Shown here: positions 1 to 13,122 of the stretch, one piece after another
Numbering within the stretch: position 1 is the first letter of the stretch
How the letters are laid out: every line of letters starts with the position of its first letter
Assembly (NCBI RefSeq): GCF_000002865.3
Contig: NW_001865079.1
Location: 81,858-145,857 of the forward strand
Source: Monosiga brevicollis MX1
Taxonomy: Eukaryota
Reading direction: 5' to 3'
DNA: 64,000 bases
Notes under the pieces: model-generated
What the model saw: only the letters and a program-made list of their open reading frames with translations
Told to the model about the DNA's origin: nothing
Database searches by the model: none
Position numbers and translations under genes: made by a program

Positions 1-1160
1 CCATCGTAGCCATGCACCCAGAGTCGTTGGATCGCTCGCCAGCCCCTCGCCTCTGTTGTTGGTTTTGGCTTTTGGTTTTTGGTTTTGGTTTGTTTTTTCA
101 GCTTTCTGCTTTCTCGACAAGAGAGGAACCTATCCCGCAAGGGCGATGACTGCTGACTCTCGTCATTGTCCTGTGCTTGATTGCATCCCCCGTGTGTGAT
201 GATGTGGACAGCACCGCTTCCCGATCAGATCTACCAGCGTCGACTCAAGTGCTGGCTGCGACTACGTGAAATGCGTCAACTTGTCGACTGGGGTGCGTTT
301 TGACTCACCAAAGCAACGCTGCGCGCGCACACTTACTAAATTTGCACAGACCTCTCACCTGATGGCTGACACAGTGCGCAGCAAGGAACACCCGATCCTG
401 GCCCAGTGCGACACAAGCAAAGTCATTGTATCTGGCCACAGCTTTGGTGGGGTGACGGCACAAGCTTTGGCCTACTCGGATATGATGCCTGAAGGTGCCA
501 TTCAAGGCTGCCTCGTACGTCCTTTTGCCTCTCGTTTTTTTTTCCTTGTTTTTTTTTTTTTTTCTTTTCTTGTCGTTCCTGGTCTCTTTCTCTCGCATCG
601 TTTGTATAGCATTCGTTGCCATTTTTGGTGCCGCGCTGGAAAAGGTGTGCTTTGGACTCAATCCGGGACTGTCATGCCTAAACTTCCAGGTGATTGACCC
701 GGCCATGGATTGGGGACCAACGGGTTTGCGCCGTCTTTTGCTGGCGGGACAGGCCCAAGACGACTTTACTGAGGACTGCTCACCGCAGCACAAGGCCGCC
801 GCCGGCCGTCTTGATGGCGTCAACTTTTTGGCCTCGCGTGCGCGTGCCGTTCCAACTACCGTCATTTACTCGGGCTCTTGGCATGCCAGCGTGCCTCGGA
901 TGCGCAGTGCCCTCAGCAGTCTGATCACCGCCACTGGCCCCAAAGCCGTCGCCATGGTTGAGCACTGCACGCACGTCGAGCAGAGCGATGCGGGCGTCAT
1001 GCTCCCCAGTTTCGTGAGCAAGGCCCTCCACCTAGTGGGCCCCGAACGCAGCCCTGAAGCCAAGCTCCGTGACCAACGGGCAGCCTGCGTTGGCCATCTC
1101 AACTACGTCCGACAGTCCACCCCCGGTGCTCCCCTAAAGACTGACTTGTCTGTCTTATGA
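1..1160 (+). CDS. Alpha/beta hydrolase, PAF-acetylhydrolase-like (5' part probably outside window; spliced)
   Basis: Nucleophile elbow VIVSGHSFGG (~425-450). GT..AG intron ~515-689 with poly-T tract, then IDP (candidate catalytic Asp) and HCTHVEQSD (candidate catalytic His). Stop TGA at 1158-1160. Confidence 0.7.
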
Positions 1161-1305
1161 CGCAGCATCGAAAACACGCTTACACCCTCTTGATGAGGTT
1201 TTTTAATTTCCAGAGGTGTTTTGAGATGACTGGCACACAAGTGTAGATCTGTCACACATTTCAGTTTTAAAATTTCGCGCCAAAAATTTCATCGTTTCAA
1301 ATTCA

Positions 1306-1308
<3 letters not shown>

Positions 1309-1388
<80 letters not shown>
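1309..1388. repeat. (TC)n microsatellite
   Basis: Perfect TC run just upstream of the CENP-C start codon. Confidence 0.95.
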
Positions 1389-1390
<2 letters not shown>

Positions 1391-1427
1391 GTCTGAGTGT
1401 GTGGCGTTGAAACGGCAGCCAGTCACA

Positions 1428-3749
1428 ATGTCGGCGCGTCGTACTAGTCGGCGCCGGGTGCAGGAGACCCTGGGACCAGAGTTGATTGGCTTGTCGGCTG
1501 GTCATCGTGCACCCCGCGATGCCAAGCGCAAGAGTGATGGCTCGTACGACATGGATGACTTTTTCAGCGACCGCTCAGGTACTCGCGCGCGCGCGCGCGC
1601 CGTTGAACCTCGATCAGGGGCAGACAAGCCTTTGAGGCCGGCAACCCGTGGTCCACTTGCTCATGCCACTTTGAACGTTGTGCTTTGAACCTTTTAGAAC
1701 CCGTGGACGACTTGGAGGATAGCCAAGACCTCCCCTCCCCCGTGTCCACTGCTCCCCCCTCGACCCGAGCCGTAAGCCTGTTTGCCCTGCGCGTATGCCG
1801 TGCTTTACTCTCCCGCATCGCCTTCACCTTGATGCATCTGCCCCCTTGACTTGAACTTTCCATCTCTGACACACACGCACGTGCACACGCACACACTGCC
1901 TCATTGACGTATTCACACCCCGTGCCGCTCTCCGATCAGACGCTGGGAAAGAAGGGTCCAATCTCTCGAGTCACCTCGACGCCGGCCGTCTCCTCTCCCC
2001 TTTCTCGCCAAGGCAATAAGACACCTCAGTCTTTGCACAAGCCCAGCCCTGCCATGTCCAGTATCAAGCGCAGCTCGAAGCGTACCAGCCTAGCCCCTGG
2101 CACCCCCATGACACCCGAAGTGCCCCCGCCAGGTCAGGCGCCCTGCTCCTTACCCCTGCCTGCTTTTGTTGGTGGGCCCGGTGCCAATCTGAGAGTGGAC
2201 ATGGTTTAAGCTGCCAAAAGCACAATACACACGCACCTGACACAATGTCTATGCCTTGTCTCTCTTTTTAGATTTTGATGACGCACCGACTCCGGGGGCT
2301 CAGACGCCAGTGCAAGCAATCGACTTTGATGGCGGCGACGCCACCCCAACCAATGCGAGCCATCAAAGTGCCGCAGCTGAAGCTTCCCCGGCCCCCGCCG
2401 AGAGCTCGCAAACAGATAACGCGGAGGAAGAAGGCGCAACCGCGCCATCTGCAGGTGAGGTTTGGCCATCGCGCGGCCATCACCTCCAAATCGCTTCAGC
2501 GCCTCACGCTCGTGACTGCCGCCATCTTGCCGGTACAGCCAAAGCTTCTGCCAAACGGGCGCCACGGGCACGGGGCATGGACATCAACGTCATGAACATC
2601 CTTGAGCCACACGCTGAGGGTCGACCCCAGCGCAAACGCATTCCACCCACCCGCTTTTGGAAGGGTGAAAAACCCATCTACGTGCCTCGTACGCTCGACC
2701 AACTTGGGCCACCTCCCCTTCCGTGCCGTTTTATGGCCAGCATGACACTGTGCTGGCTGACGCGCCCGAACCCGCTCACTAACATTGCCATCGCGACATC
2801 GTTTTTGCTATCTACCGACGCAGATGAGGTGGATGGCCATCGTACTGGAACCATGACTATTGCAGATGTTCTGACCAAGCCGACGCCCGCCGTCGAACAC
2901 AAACGAGTATGTTGTTTAGACATCTGTCCTGAATCTAGTCCACGGCACTTTTTGCAACATGTGCTGACAACTGCCTGCATCCCCAATCTTTGCCAATCTC
3001 TTCTCCTCAGATGCGCAGGACAAAGCGAAAACTGACCAAGGCCGAGAAAATGGCTGCTGGGTCCCGCACCCCCGTCGTTACGCCCAAGCGCCCTCGGGGC
3101 GAACTCAATCCCATGGATGTGCGCGTGCTCGAATCACCTGAGATCCCGGTGATCGATTACACGTCCGACAAGCCAGATGAGACGGTACCATTGAAGGTGG
3201 CCATGACCTATGCCATGCAACAATGGGCCTCCACCCCCAAGAACCCAGGTCTCAAGTACAGCAAAAACTTTCAAGACCGTACCTGTGGCTGGTCGAGCGG
3301 CATGCTCGAACTTGACTTTGGTGCCTCCAAGGGAGAAGTGAGCAGCACCAACAACTTTATGGTGAGCTATTGACCAGCCTGAGCCTGATTCAATGCACCG
3401 CCTGGCTTTCTCATGCGCACATACTTTTGTCAACCTGCATCTGACACGCTGGACCGTATAGCTATTCTCCGTCCTTTCCGGCGTGGTCCAAGCCACCGTC
3501 AACGAGAGCAAAATCACCTTGGGCCCAGGAGGCACTTTTTTCGTTCCGCCCAGTACGTTGATCGGGAGACCATATGAGTCGAGTGGGGATTCAGTTTGGA
3601 TACTAGCGCGCGCGCTGCTGCTGCCTGTTCCCACGGGCAGGTCTCTCATCACATGTGGACGGTGTTTAGACAACAAATACGGCCTCATCAACCAAAGCGA
3701 TGATTGCAAGGTCATCCTCTCTTTTGCCAGTGTCCAGCTGAAGCGCTAA
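1428..3749 (+). CDS. CENPC: Centromere protein C (CENP-C/Mif2), multi-exon
   Basis: CENP-C motif RPQRKRIPPTRFWKGEKPIY (~2620-2680). C-terminal cupin domain (SSGMLELDFGASKGEVSS..LFSVLSGVVQATVNESKITLGPGGTFFVPP.NKYGLIN) split by GT-AG introns. Low-complexity S/T/P-rich N-terminus. Confidence 0.85.
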
Positions 3750-4341
3750 AACGCGTTAGCTCGTGTGCCATGACCCCTGGCCTGCATGTCCAATGTTGTG
3801 TCTGTCTTGACCCGCCCTGTTTTCACCCCTTTTTGGCGGCCATGTCGAGGTTTTTGCTCTCCCACCCCGCATGTTCCAGTCTCTCGGCTCTCTTCATCAC
3901 CACGGCATCTGCCGTTACTCAGCAACCCAGTTGTCGTGTGCCGCCTTGACTTCCGCTTGAGCAAAAGCAATGCGTTTTATACAGAAAGAATTGATAACCA
4001 TTGAGAAACCCTAGGCAGTTCAGTTTACGCCATCACAACCGGTGGAGAAAACTCGAAATTTCTTCCCCCTTTTTTTTTTTTTTTTTTTTTTTTTTCTTTC
4101 AAAACGAGCGCAAGGTTTGTCTCCTGCTCAATTTTAATTCTTCCTAGGCCTCAAGTCGCAGTGTCATGTTACCTGTTTCTCAGCGGTTGTGCTGCATCTG
4201 ATCGATTTTAGAAACTTTACGGCCTTTCGTTTTTGATTCAGGTGTCTTGAAATTTTCAGCTTCATTTGACATGATGCATTGATAGATTTCGAATTTTTCT
4301 AGTCAATTATAAAAGGTCAACAAAGTTGCCGCTTGATGCGC

Positions 4342-7300
4342 TCAGCTCAGCCCAAAACCCTCCGTTTCGTAAATAGCTTTGTACAGCCGATCCTTCAGAA
4401 TCTCGCGTGACGTGTAAGGTGGAAGCTTGAGTAGGTTCATGCAGGTTGCAGCCGACGGCAGACGCGAGGGATCCTGGCTGTTGGCAATGGCAATTCGCGG
4501 ATGCATGGCTTGGAACCCCAGAATGGGCGGGCGTGGGCAACTTGTGATGAAGCGCAGCAGCTGCTCACGTGCATCGTTGTCCATCTCATGCACCACCGAC
4601 CAGAAGAGTTGAATGGGCACATCATCAGCCCTGAAGCCGTTGTACACGACGTGGCGTCGAAACTCCTCCACATCAATCACTTGCTTCTCGCCTCGGATCA
4701 GCTTACGCAACTCGGCTGGGGCAAAGAGACGCAGCAGCGCAGCAGGTACCGCCTGTTCCAAGCCCTGTTGGAATGCAACAATTTGTTGGCGGGTACGCCG
4801 GCGCAGATAAAAATCGGCCATGTGGTAGACATAGCGAATGCGGTTCTCATTGGTCACGGCCACGTTTGCACCGTCTGGCACAAGATTGTAAAGGCGGTGT
4901 CCTGTCACCTCGGAGCCCGCGACTGTAAAGGTCAGATCAAGCTCAGATACGTCGCCAGCATAGTCCTTGACCTGCACCAGGTTTTGATAGAGCTCGGCGT
5001 CCAGGTCTCGCAGTTCGTTCAGCGAAACGCGCCCGCCCAGGATTTGGGTGAGGAAAAAGTTACAAAACGTCAAATCAACCAGCATCTCGGCCCGCAAAGC
5101 TCGTCCAACAATGGTACCCAAGAATTTGTAGTGCCGGTCTGCGTCCGGATCAAGCAGGGGCATATCCGGATTGGGGTACAACTCACGGGAGCTGGACTCC
5201 AGGAAAAACCCTCGGGTCGGATCAAAGCCCTCCCGACAGATCAGCTGCAAGAATTCACGGAAGAGGCCGCCACCATCCACGCCAGCTTCGGGTAAGCCGT
5301 CTTTGGTAATGGTCACCTGGATCTGCTCCTTGCCCGACATGGCACTCAGTGCCGAAAATGCATCCGCGTAAGGGGTTTCGCGGCTGATGCGGACCGGGTG
5401 ACGTTCAAACACCGGTACCGTGTCCAAGCCCACCATGACCTGAAACAGGTGAGCTCGATCCAGGAAGGGTACCACAAAAGGCGTGTGCAACAAGACGTTG
5501 CCTGCTGTAGCATCCACCCCCGCGGGCACGTTTCGGCCATGGGAGGAGAGAAAGTCGAGCAGAGCGCGTGGGTTGAGAGCCTGCAGCGGCCCGCTGACGC
5601 GCGGCACAAGCCAAAGCTCGTCACCCATCCACGAAATACCATGTGTCCGCTGCTGTAGTTGCTTGAGCAGCGGGGCAACGACGTTTGTCAGAACTCGACT
5701 TGTTTGACCACTCAGGAGTGCCGAGACCGTGTAGCTCAGCACATTCTTGATGAGTTGCACAAAGGTGGTTCGCGTGTATACGCTTTCCAGGTAGGTACCA
5801 AGTTTATCATTGGGCACAATGGCCAGATCGTAGCCAGCGGCACGGAAAAAGATGTCAAGGACCGGGAGCAGTGCGTCATCGGAGCTGCCTGGGGAGGGGG
5901 CCAGCAGGTTCAGCACGCGCTGGGCTAGACTGGCCAAGAATTGGGGCTTACTGGCGAGCTGATGAAGCGAGCGCACCAGAATGGCCTCGGTGGGACAGAG
6001 CCGTAGTGCACCGTGAATCACGGCGGCAAACGCATCATACTGATCACAGTTGGCAGCAATCGCATCCAGACGCGTCACCTCATCCGCAGTGAGCAATGCA
6101 TTGACAAGCGCCACGGCACTGGGGACAGTGCGTGTGCGCTTGGCTTCGTCCTCTGCGTCGCTCTCTGCCTCGGAATCACTATCGTCGTCACTGCTGCTGT
6201 CCGCCGCGCCTTCTGAGCGGGCTGGTCTTTGAGACTTGGGCTCAAGGACATCGCGGAGACCCAGCATGCGCATCAGGGCGCCAATGGTCGTCGCCAGCAA
6301 GGGCAAAATTTGTGCAGCATTGGCGAGTCCACCGTCTGCAACGAAGTACGTGAGGCTAATGAGTCACATCGCTTCCAGGAGGAGAGATGGGCACCCGAGG
6401 CTTGAACGATGGATTCACCTTGACAGCGGACAGACTTGAGGAGCAGCAAACCAAATGCAGCCAGTTTATTGGCGTCATTCAAGAGTTGCCACGGGCCCGT
6501 GGCCCTACACGCCACGCAAAGGCATACAGGGATTAAGTGAGCTTGACTGCTTGGAAGCAAGATCAGCAGCGTTTGTGGCAGAAATTGGTTACGTACGGTG
6601 GTGCCTGTGCAAACTGGCTAACCAACGTCTTGATCATGGCGTCGGTCAGAAGATCTGGCACTCTACGGCGTGAGGCAAATGCAAGCGTTGAGAGTTGCAA
6701 GCCCTCAAGTATTCATTTTTGCTTCGCACAATTTTTATGAAAAAAAAAAAAAAAAAAAATAATAATAATAATAAATAAGAAAACCAGACAGACACTGAGA
6801 CGGGCAAAAACATACCTGGCTGTTTGACTCTCGGCATCGAAAAAGTCTAGGTAGAGACGAAGGTGGAGGTCCGACGAGCTAGGCAATGCACGGGCAGCCG
6901 TGAGAAAAGCGCAGGGTGAGGGGAGACGGGTGCAAATCCGTGTCGAAAGGCCTTGCAGAAAGGCCCTGGCAAGCTCGTCTGAATACCTGACGACCCGAAG
7001 CACAAGGCGAGCAATTTGTGCAAGCATTTGCTGCTGGCCTCCGGAGAGTGTGTGGTGGGATTTTACAAGTCGTTGTACGAGGGTGGTGGACTCGCTCGAG
7101 GACAAGGTGGCTTGATAACCCTGTTCCAGCTGTCCCGAGAGAAAAGCACCGTGAGATGTGCCGTACGAGGGATGTGCGCCACGACATCACCCAAGGTGCG
7201 TACCACAACATTGAGCCCCAAAACACAGGCCATGAGGAGTAAGGCATTGTTGCCCGTGGCTGCATGCCTGCCGTGAACAGGAAAACAGGTTAGCGACAAG

Positions 7301-8316
7301 AGGGCAGGCATCTTTGAGCTGGGGCTGGTGAGCAACATACTGATTGAGGAGAATAAGCGTGGCCTGAAAGAGGCGTTGACGAAAGACTATGGCCTGGTGG
7401 GGCGTATTTGCACAACAAAGTTATCACGGACAATTGAGTTTCGAGTCAGGGCAGGCAAAGACGACGGTCAATGGGGCACATGCACGCACTTCGATAGCTG
7501 GGCAGGTAGCGCCCGGGCCGAGGCCGCTTGTGGCAGCCTCGTGAAGCGGAGCAGCCTTTTGACACAAGAACGCCGCCACTTTGACGTAATCACTTGGTTC
7601 CGTGGGCGGCAGCAGCGTTGAGGGCAAGCCGGCCAGATCAACGACGCAAGCCAGCGAGCCCTATGGACAAACCCACACGCACATACATACGGCATGTAAT
7701 GGTAAGTGGATGGATGGAAGGCGGGTCACGCTGCGAGGGTATCTGGCTTTCAAATGCCTAAAGAGCGGTTTGGCTCGCAGCGCGGCAAGCGCCGACTGCG
7801 CTGGTACGTACTGCTTGAAGGGACAGGAGGCACCGTTCGCGGCGACGGCGGGCCTACCGAGGTGGGGGGTGAATTTTGGTCTGAAGGCATGAGGTGGGGC
7901 CGCCAGGAGTTGGTGACACATACGTATTCTCGTCGGTCTTGGCGAGCACGCCACGCGCACTGCAGGGTAACTGCAGCTTCCTGCCGCCTTCGCTCCTCCT
8001 GGCAGCACGAGAAGCAGTTGTCGTGGTGAACTTGAGCTCGCGTGCGGCGTCGAGACACGGGCAGCGGTCGTTTCGTAAAAACACACGTACATGGCGTTGT
8101 TGGCGAGCAGCAGCAGCTTGGTGCATAATAGCACCACGCTCTTTCTGCAAGGAATTGGAAGGAGGTGGGGGTTTTGCACCCCAGGTGCCCGTTTGGAATG
8201 TGAGATGAGCTGCCACGTCAAACTGGCCGACATTTCATCCGAGCGTCAAGTCGTACCGTCCGGCGCGCGCCGCCCAGGGAAATGTTTTTCTGGCGCTTGG
8301 CTTTGCCGTCAAACAT
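4342..8316 (-). CDS. UBE3C: HECT E3 ubiquitin ligase, UBE3C/UBE3B type, multi-exon
   Basis: C-terminal HECT domain (EAGVDGGGLFREF, LLRFITSCPRPPILGF, RLPSAATCMNLLKLPPY, EGFGLS*). Spliced N-terminus MFDGKAKRQKNISLGGARRT/KERGAIMHQAAAARQQRH/EERRRQEAAVTLQCAWRARQDR carries the IQ motif typical of UBE3C. Confidence 0.88.
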
Positions 8317-8804
8317 GTTGCTTGGTCTTTATGCATGATGCATGACATGTCAGTTGAGTTCAGGCCGGAGCAGGGCAGAGCAAACCCGGCTCGGGGCGGG
8401 TGTGCCGTGAGGCGTGAGACGCGCATCCACGTACCACAGAAACAGGCCAAAAAAAGCCCTCCACCTTGTTCAAAAGCACTCCGTCCAGCAGCCCACACGA
8501 GGAGCCGTGCAGAGGCAAACCGAGGCAGTCAAGACTGGCGTTTGGAATGGCGATAGCATTCAAAAAAGCAGGCGACCGCCTCCCCCCCGCGCGTCCCGCG
8601 CCGACCCTCAACCGCGACTACCGCTCGTCCAGTGAGAGACGACGCAGAGAGAGAGTGTGTGTGAGAGTTGAAGTGAGCGAGCTAAGAGAGATAGAGAAAT
8701 GAGCAAAAAGATCACATACAAACGCAAAGCTAAAACCAGAGATGGTCAAGATATCAGAACCAAATCCAGAGAAGAGACACGGGCGCACAACATAAGTCAC
8801 ACAA

Positions 8805-8875
8805 AAATGATGACAACTTAAAAAGGATGACAATACTTTGCAAATTGTCATCATTTACAGGTATTGTCATCATTT
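8805..8875. promoter_or_regulatory. Quasi-palindrome with four GATGACAA motifs in a divergent intergenic region
   Basis: AAATGATGACAA (8805) and GATGACAATAC (8826), then central TTTGCAAA, then reverse-complement copies at 8845 and 8861-8875. Regulatory role is inferred from position only. Confidence 0.5.

Positions 8876-8876
<1 letters not shown>

Positions 8877-8917
<41 letters not shown>
8877..8917. repeat. (CA)n microsatellite
   Basis: Perfect CA run. Confidence 0.95.
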
Positions 8918-8919
<2 letters not shown>

Positions 8920-8921
8920 CG

Positions 8922-10569
8922 ATGCGAGGACGCGGACGAGGGCGAGGGCGAGGTCGGAGTCGAGGCCGAAGTCGCGGGGGTCAAGGGGGTCGCGGGGTGC
9001 GGGGTCGGGGGTGGGGATCGGGTATGCAATGGGCAGCGGGGCAGCTAGGTCAACCTGCTTTCGTCATCTCCTTTGATAGCGGGACTGTTTCGCAGGTGAG
9101 CCCAGGTCTGGTACACATGAATTTGGGTCCGCGGCTGACATAGGTTTGGTGATTGTCGAACCGCAGGCGAGGCGTGGTGCGTGGCATCCCCCCATTGATG
9201 CGGATGGAAGCAGGCCAACTGCCTCAGCGACAGCCGTGCCAGCTGCACGTAACCAACATGCGACTGCCGGGCAGTCCGAGCCGTCGCTGTGCTTGTTCTT
9301 TACTCGGTGAGCGACACAAGTGTGCAAACCTCAGCCATGTTTTCAAGCCCTCAAGGCCGTGACTTGCGTCTCAGCACAAGCGCCTGCCTTGCGCAAATGC
9401 ATCTATCACTGCTGTTTTTTTTTTTTTTTCTTCTTTTATGACCCCGGCTGTGCTTGTTCTGCTCTGGCTACTTGTCTTCATATTTACTGACATGCTGTGT
9501 GATTGATTTTTTTTTTTTTTGTATTCGATCGGACCTCGTGTTCACCTGATGAACACAGCCTGGGCAAATGTCGAGCTGGTGCCAATTGCCCTTTTCGCCA
9601 CGACAAGGCAAAGCTGGCCCTGTGCCCACGCTATCTGACCGACCAGTGTGATGGTCGGTGTGATTTATCCCACCAGATTGTTCCCGGGAATCAGCCGCAT
9701 TGCCGCTTTCATCAAGATGGCGTCTGCTCGCGCCCCAACTGCCGCTATGCCCATGTGCGAGTCGCCCCACAAGCTCCCTTCTGCCAGGTATGTTTTTTCG
9801 GGCCCGCACCGCCTTTGACAAAGGGATTGCAATGGTACTGTGGGTTCTGTTCCAAAGAGCGGCCCCATCTTGCATCTTCCTGAGACACCTTCTGCTGCTT
9901 GTGTCTTGTGCCTCAGGACTTTTTGGTAGGGTTTTGCGATCTCGGACATGCCTGTCGGCAGGTGCATGTGATTGCTTGTCAGGACTTTATCATCAGCGGC
10001 GCGTGTTCCTTTGGGTAAGCTTTCCCGCTTCTACCGACTGGCATGAGCCAGCAACTCTATCCTTGTTTTTGTCTGCGCGTCCTTTCCCTCTCCCCTGTTG
10101 CTCTTCTCCCTGGTCCCTCACACGTCTTTCCATTTCCATTTCCGTGATTCTGCGCTACAATGATTGAATGTGTAGCAAAACCTGTCGCTATCCCCATATC
10201 AAACTGTCCCGCGCCCGACGGCGCGCGCAGACACCCGAGAAAGTATCCCCGCTGGCGCAACAACATAATGATGCATATGCAGATCCAGGCAAAATGACAC
10301 TTCCAATTTCCTGTGGCCCTGGCCCAGACATTTTACTGGAAGCAGCTCAACCTGAGATTGTCCACACCAATTCACAGAGCTCTCAAGACGCGCACACGAC
10401 AGTACCCAGTGGTAATTCCAGGACAGAAGACAGTGGTGATTCTGGGACAGAAGACACTGGCTTCTCCTGGACCCCTGGGCTGCGCAGGGCAACATCCAAG
10501 CATGCCACTAGCCGGGCTGTGCTCGCCTATGCCAGGCTCCCTCGTCTCGCAACCCTTGCTGGTGTGTAA
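8922..10569 (+). CDS. Tandem CCCH zinc-finger RNA-binding protein (ZC3H3/CPSF30-like) with RG-rich N-terminus, multi-exon
   Basis: CCCH fingers CRAGANCPFRH, CPRYLTDQCDGRCDLSH, CRFHQDGVCSRPNCRYAH, CQ/DF..GACS..CRYPH. Probable first exon MRGRGRGRGRGRSRG. Start and exon structure uncertain. Confidence 0.65.
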
Positions 10570-10959
10570 ATGATGTGGACAATCCCCGCCGGTTTCTTCC
10601 TCTGTGAGGATCACTTTGCTTCAGTGTGCCTGTCAAAAGCGAACACGCATGAATGTGGAATCAACAGCACTTGTCTTGATTGCTGATACCGAAGCTCAAA
10701 CATCGATTGTCGCGAACACACATCAAAAAAGCAAACGGACTTTCACAGTCGAAGAGCTCGAGGCCAATTTCTTTGTTTTTTTCCAAGCCCATACACACAG
10801 AGACGAGACCAAGAGGACGCACACACCCGACTCATCACCGGCCACGAAGTACGGGATGAAATTGCGAGCGTGCTCTGGTTTAAAAGGGGGTGGGGGTTGC
10901 CTGGAGCAAGCAGCGGATAACAAATCGAAGGTTGCAAATGCGGATGTTTCAGAGCATCA

Positions 10960-12742
10960 TCACGCAAGCAAGTCATGAAAATCCGCGGCACTCGACAAAC
11001 CATCACTCAAGTCAGGCAGATGATCCATACCACCCGACAAAACAATACTCAAGTCAGGCACAGTACCCGACAAATCATCACTCAAGTCAGGCAGATCATT
11101 CATACCACCCGACAAAACAATACTCAAGTCAGGCACAGTACCCGACAAATCATCACTCAAGTCAGGCAGAAGATCCATACCACCCGACAAAACAATACTC
11201 AAGTCAGGCACAGTACCCGACAAATCATCACTCAAGTCAGGCAGATCATTCATACCACCCGACAAAACAATACTCAAGTCAGGCACAGTACCCGACAAAT
11301 CATCACTCAAGTCAGGCAGATCATTCATACCACCCGACAAAACAATACTCAAGTCAGGCACAGTACCCGACAAATCATCACTCAAGTCAGGCAGATCATT
11401 CATACCACCCGACAAAACAATACTCAAGTCAGGCACAGTACCCGACAAATCATCACTCAAGTCAGGCAGAAGATCCATACCACCCGACAAAACAATACTC
11501 AAGTCAGGCACAGTACCCGACAAATCATCACTCGAGTCGATCAGATCATCGACAGGACCCGGTCGACCAACACGTAAGTCAGGCATTGCAGCTTGCCGGT
11601 CATTCAGCAAGTTTGCATTCAGACCTGCTGGCGGAGCATCGGCGTCTGGGTTTGCAGCGCTGGTAGCGACATAAAAATCGACATCGTTGTTTTCAACACC
11701 AAATGCTGACTGTTGCAAGTCAACATCGGCTAGAAGGACAAACTCTTTAATGTTAAAATGTGTCAGATCGATGTCGGGAAGGTTTTCCGAAACGAGTACT
11801 TCATGAGACAAATTGGGTACGTCCTGCCACACCAAGGCAGAGCAGCGCCGGACAACGAAACCTCGGTCACCATGGGGCCTCAAGAGCAACCAGTGATATT
11901 GCAAGTGGTTGTTAGCCCAGTCGAGCTGCTCGCGAAGAACATCCCCTTCCCCTTGAGGGGCCAGATAGTGGTTGTTGATATCAAGTGCGCCTCGGAGATG
12001 CATTTTAATGTCATTGGCGCTCGCATATTCTGCAGCACAGCCCAAAAACATATCAAGACGGGATTAGCCAACAGCTGATGCCCAAGACTTCAAAAACACA
12101 TGGCCTTACTTGCGATGATTCTCCACTGAGGCAGGCACAGATACATGTTCAGCATTCGTTGGCACAGCTAAAACATGAGTCGTGAGCACTTTGAAAAATC
12201 CTACAACTGAACAATGGTGCGTGCAACATACGCCTTGAGTGTCGCAATCGCATGGAGCCTCAGACTCGCGAAGGCAAGGGCAAGGCAAGTTGCCAGTTGC
12301 CAGCCGACGAATGCGCTGGAGAAAATTCAGACAGGCAGTCCGCAGGCCACTGTTGGTGTGGGTGCGGCCGTCAACCGGGCGGCCGTGCTGTTCGCCTTGA
12401 AGGCTGATGGTTTCATGGGGAAGAGGTTCAAATGCGCTTGGCAAGAGGCTGAACGGGCCAAGCGAAAGCTGATCATTTTTCTCGAGCCACACGTTGTCAA
12501 GCAACTTCAAACGCCGCAGAGCACCACTGCCTTGGCCTATCAAATTTGTAAGTCATCGGTGCGTGACGTCAGCTCGGACACGGCAGAACGAGATGGGCGG
12601 GTATTGGACGAGCGGGAAAGAGGAAATTTTTTTGGCGGAGAGGAACAAGAAAAGACGCACTCGGACCAGTGGCAACGAGGAGCACGGTCAGAAGCGCTTG
12701 CATCTGCTGCTCGCTCAAGTCATGGATCGATTGATAAGGCAT
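10960..12742 (-). CDS. Hypothetical protein with a Cys cluster and C-terminal 25-aa tandem repeats (3 exons)
   Basis: ATG at 12742 (MPYQSIHDLSEQQMQ...). In-frame GT..AG introns join it to ORFs 12106..12543 and 10960..12051. Cys cluster CPC-x7-CDC-x5-CCTHHC. Repeat PDLSDDLSGTVPDLSIVLSGGM(N/D)xL. Confidence 0.55.
11001..11525. repeat. 75-bp tandem repeat, 7 near-identical copies plus degenerate flanks
   Basis: Units start at 11001, 11076, 11151, 11226, 11301, 11376 and 11451. Each contains CTCAAGTCAGGCA twice. Variation is limited to a few bases (GATCATTC/GAAGATCC/GATGATCC). Confidence 0.95.
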
Positions 12743-13122
12743 GGTTGTCGGTCTTGAAGAAGGTGGGCAGAAAGGGCAAGATGAAGATATGGTCGTCAGT
12801 AAGCAGCTTGTTCTCGGTGAGCGAGGCTGGACAGACTTGAAGAGCTTGGTCCAATGTTCACGGGAACAAGAAAAATGCCACTTGGAGCCAGGGCGGAAAC
12901 AAGGAGGGTAAAGCCGACGAGGGGCGATGGGCGAGGAAAGGCAGTGTGGTGTAGATGGTGGGGAGCGGGGCGACGAGACTTGTGTTACAATGCAAACAGG
13001 GGAACTGGCATCAAAGGGAAGCGCTGCGTAGGCGCGAGAGAAGCAAAAAAAAGGCAGGGAGAGTGATGGATCGTGCTCAGTCGGTTTGAGGGTAAGGGTG
13101 GGTAGCTCAGAAAAAAAAATGT

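Noticed and set aside
11001..11525. CRISPR-like appearance of the recurring CTCAAGTCAGGCA
   Set aside because: The intervening sequences alternate between two fixed types rather than being unique spacers. It is a plain 75-bp tandem repeat, and no cas genes are present.
10890..11666. Plus-strand repeat ORFs (258 aa and 200 aa)
   Set aside because: Open only because the repeat lacks stops. The minus-strand frame extends into a coherent spliced gene and is preferred.
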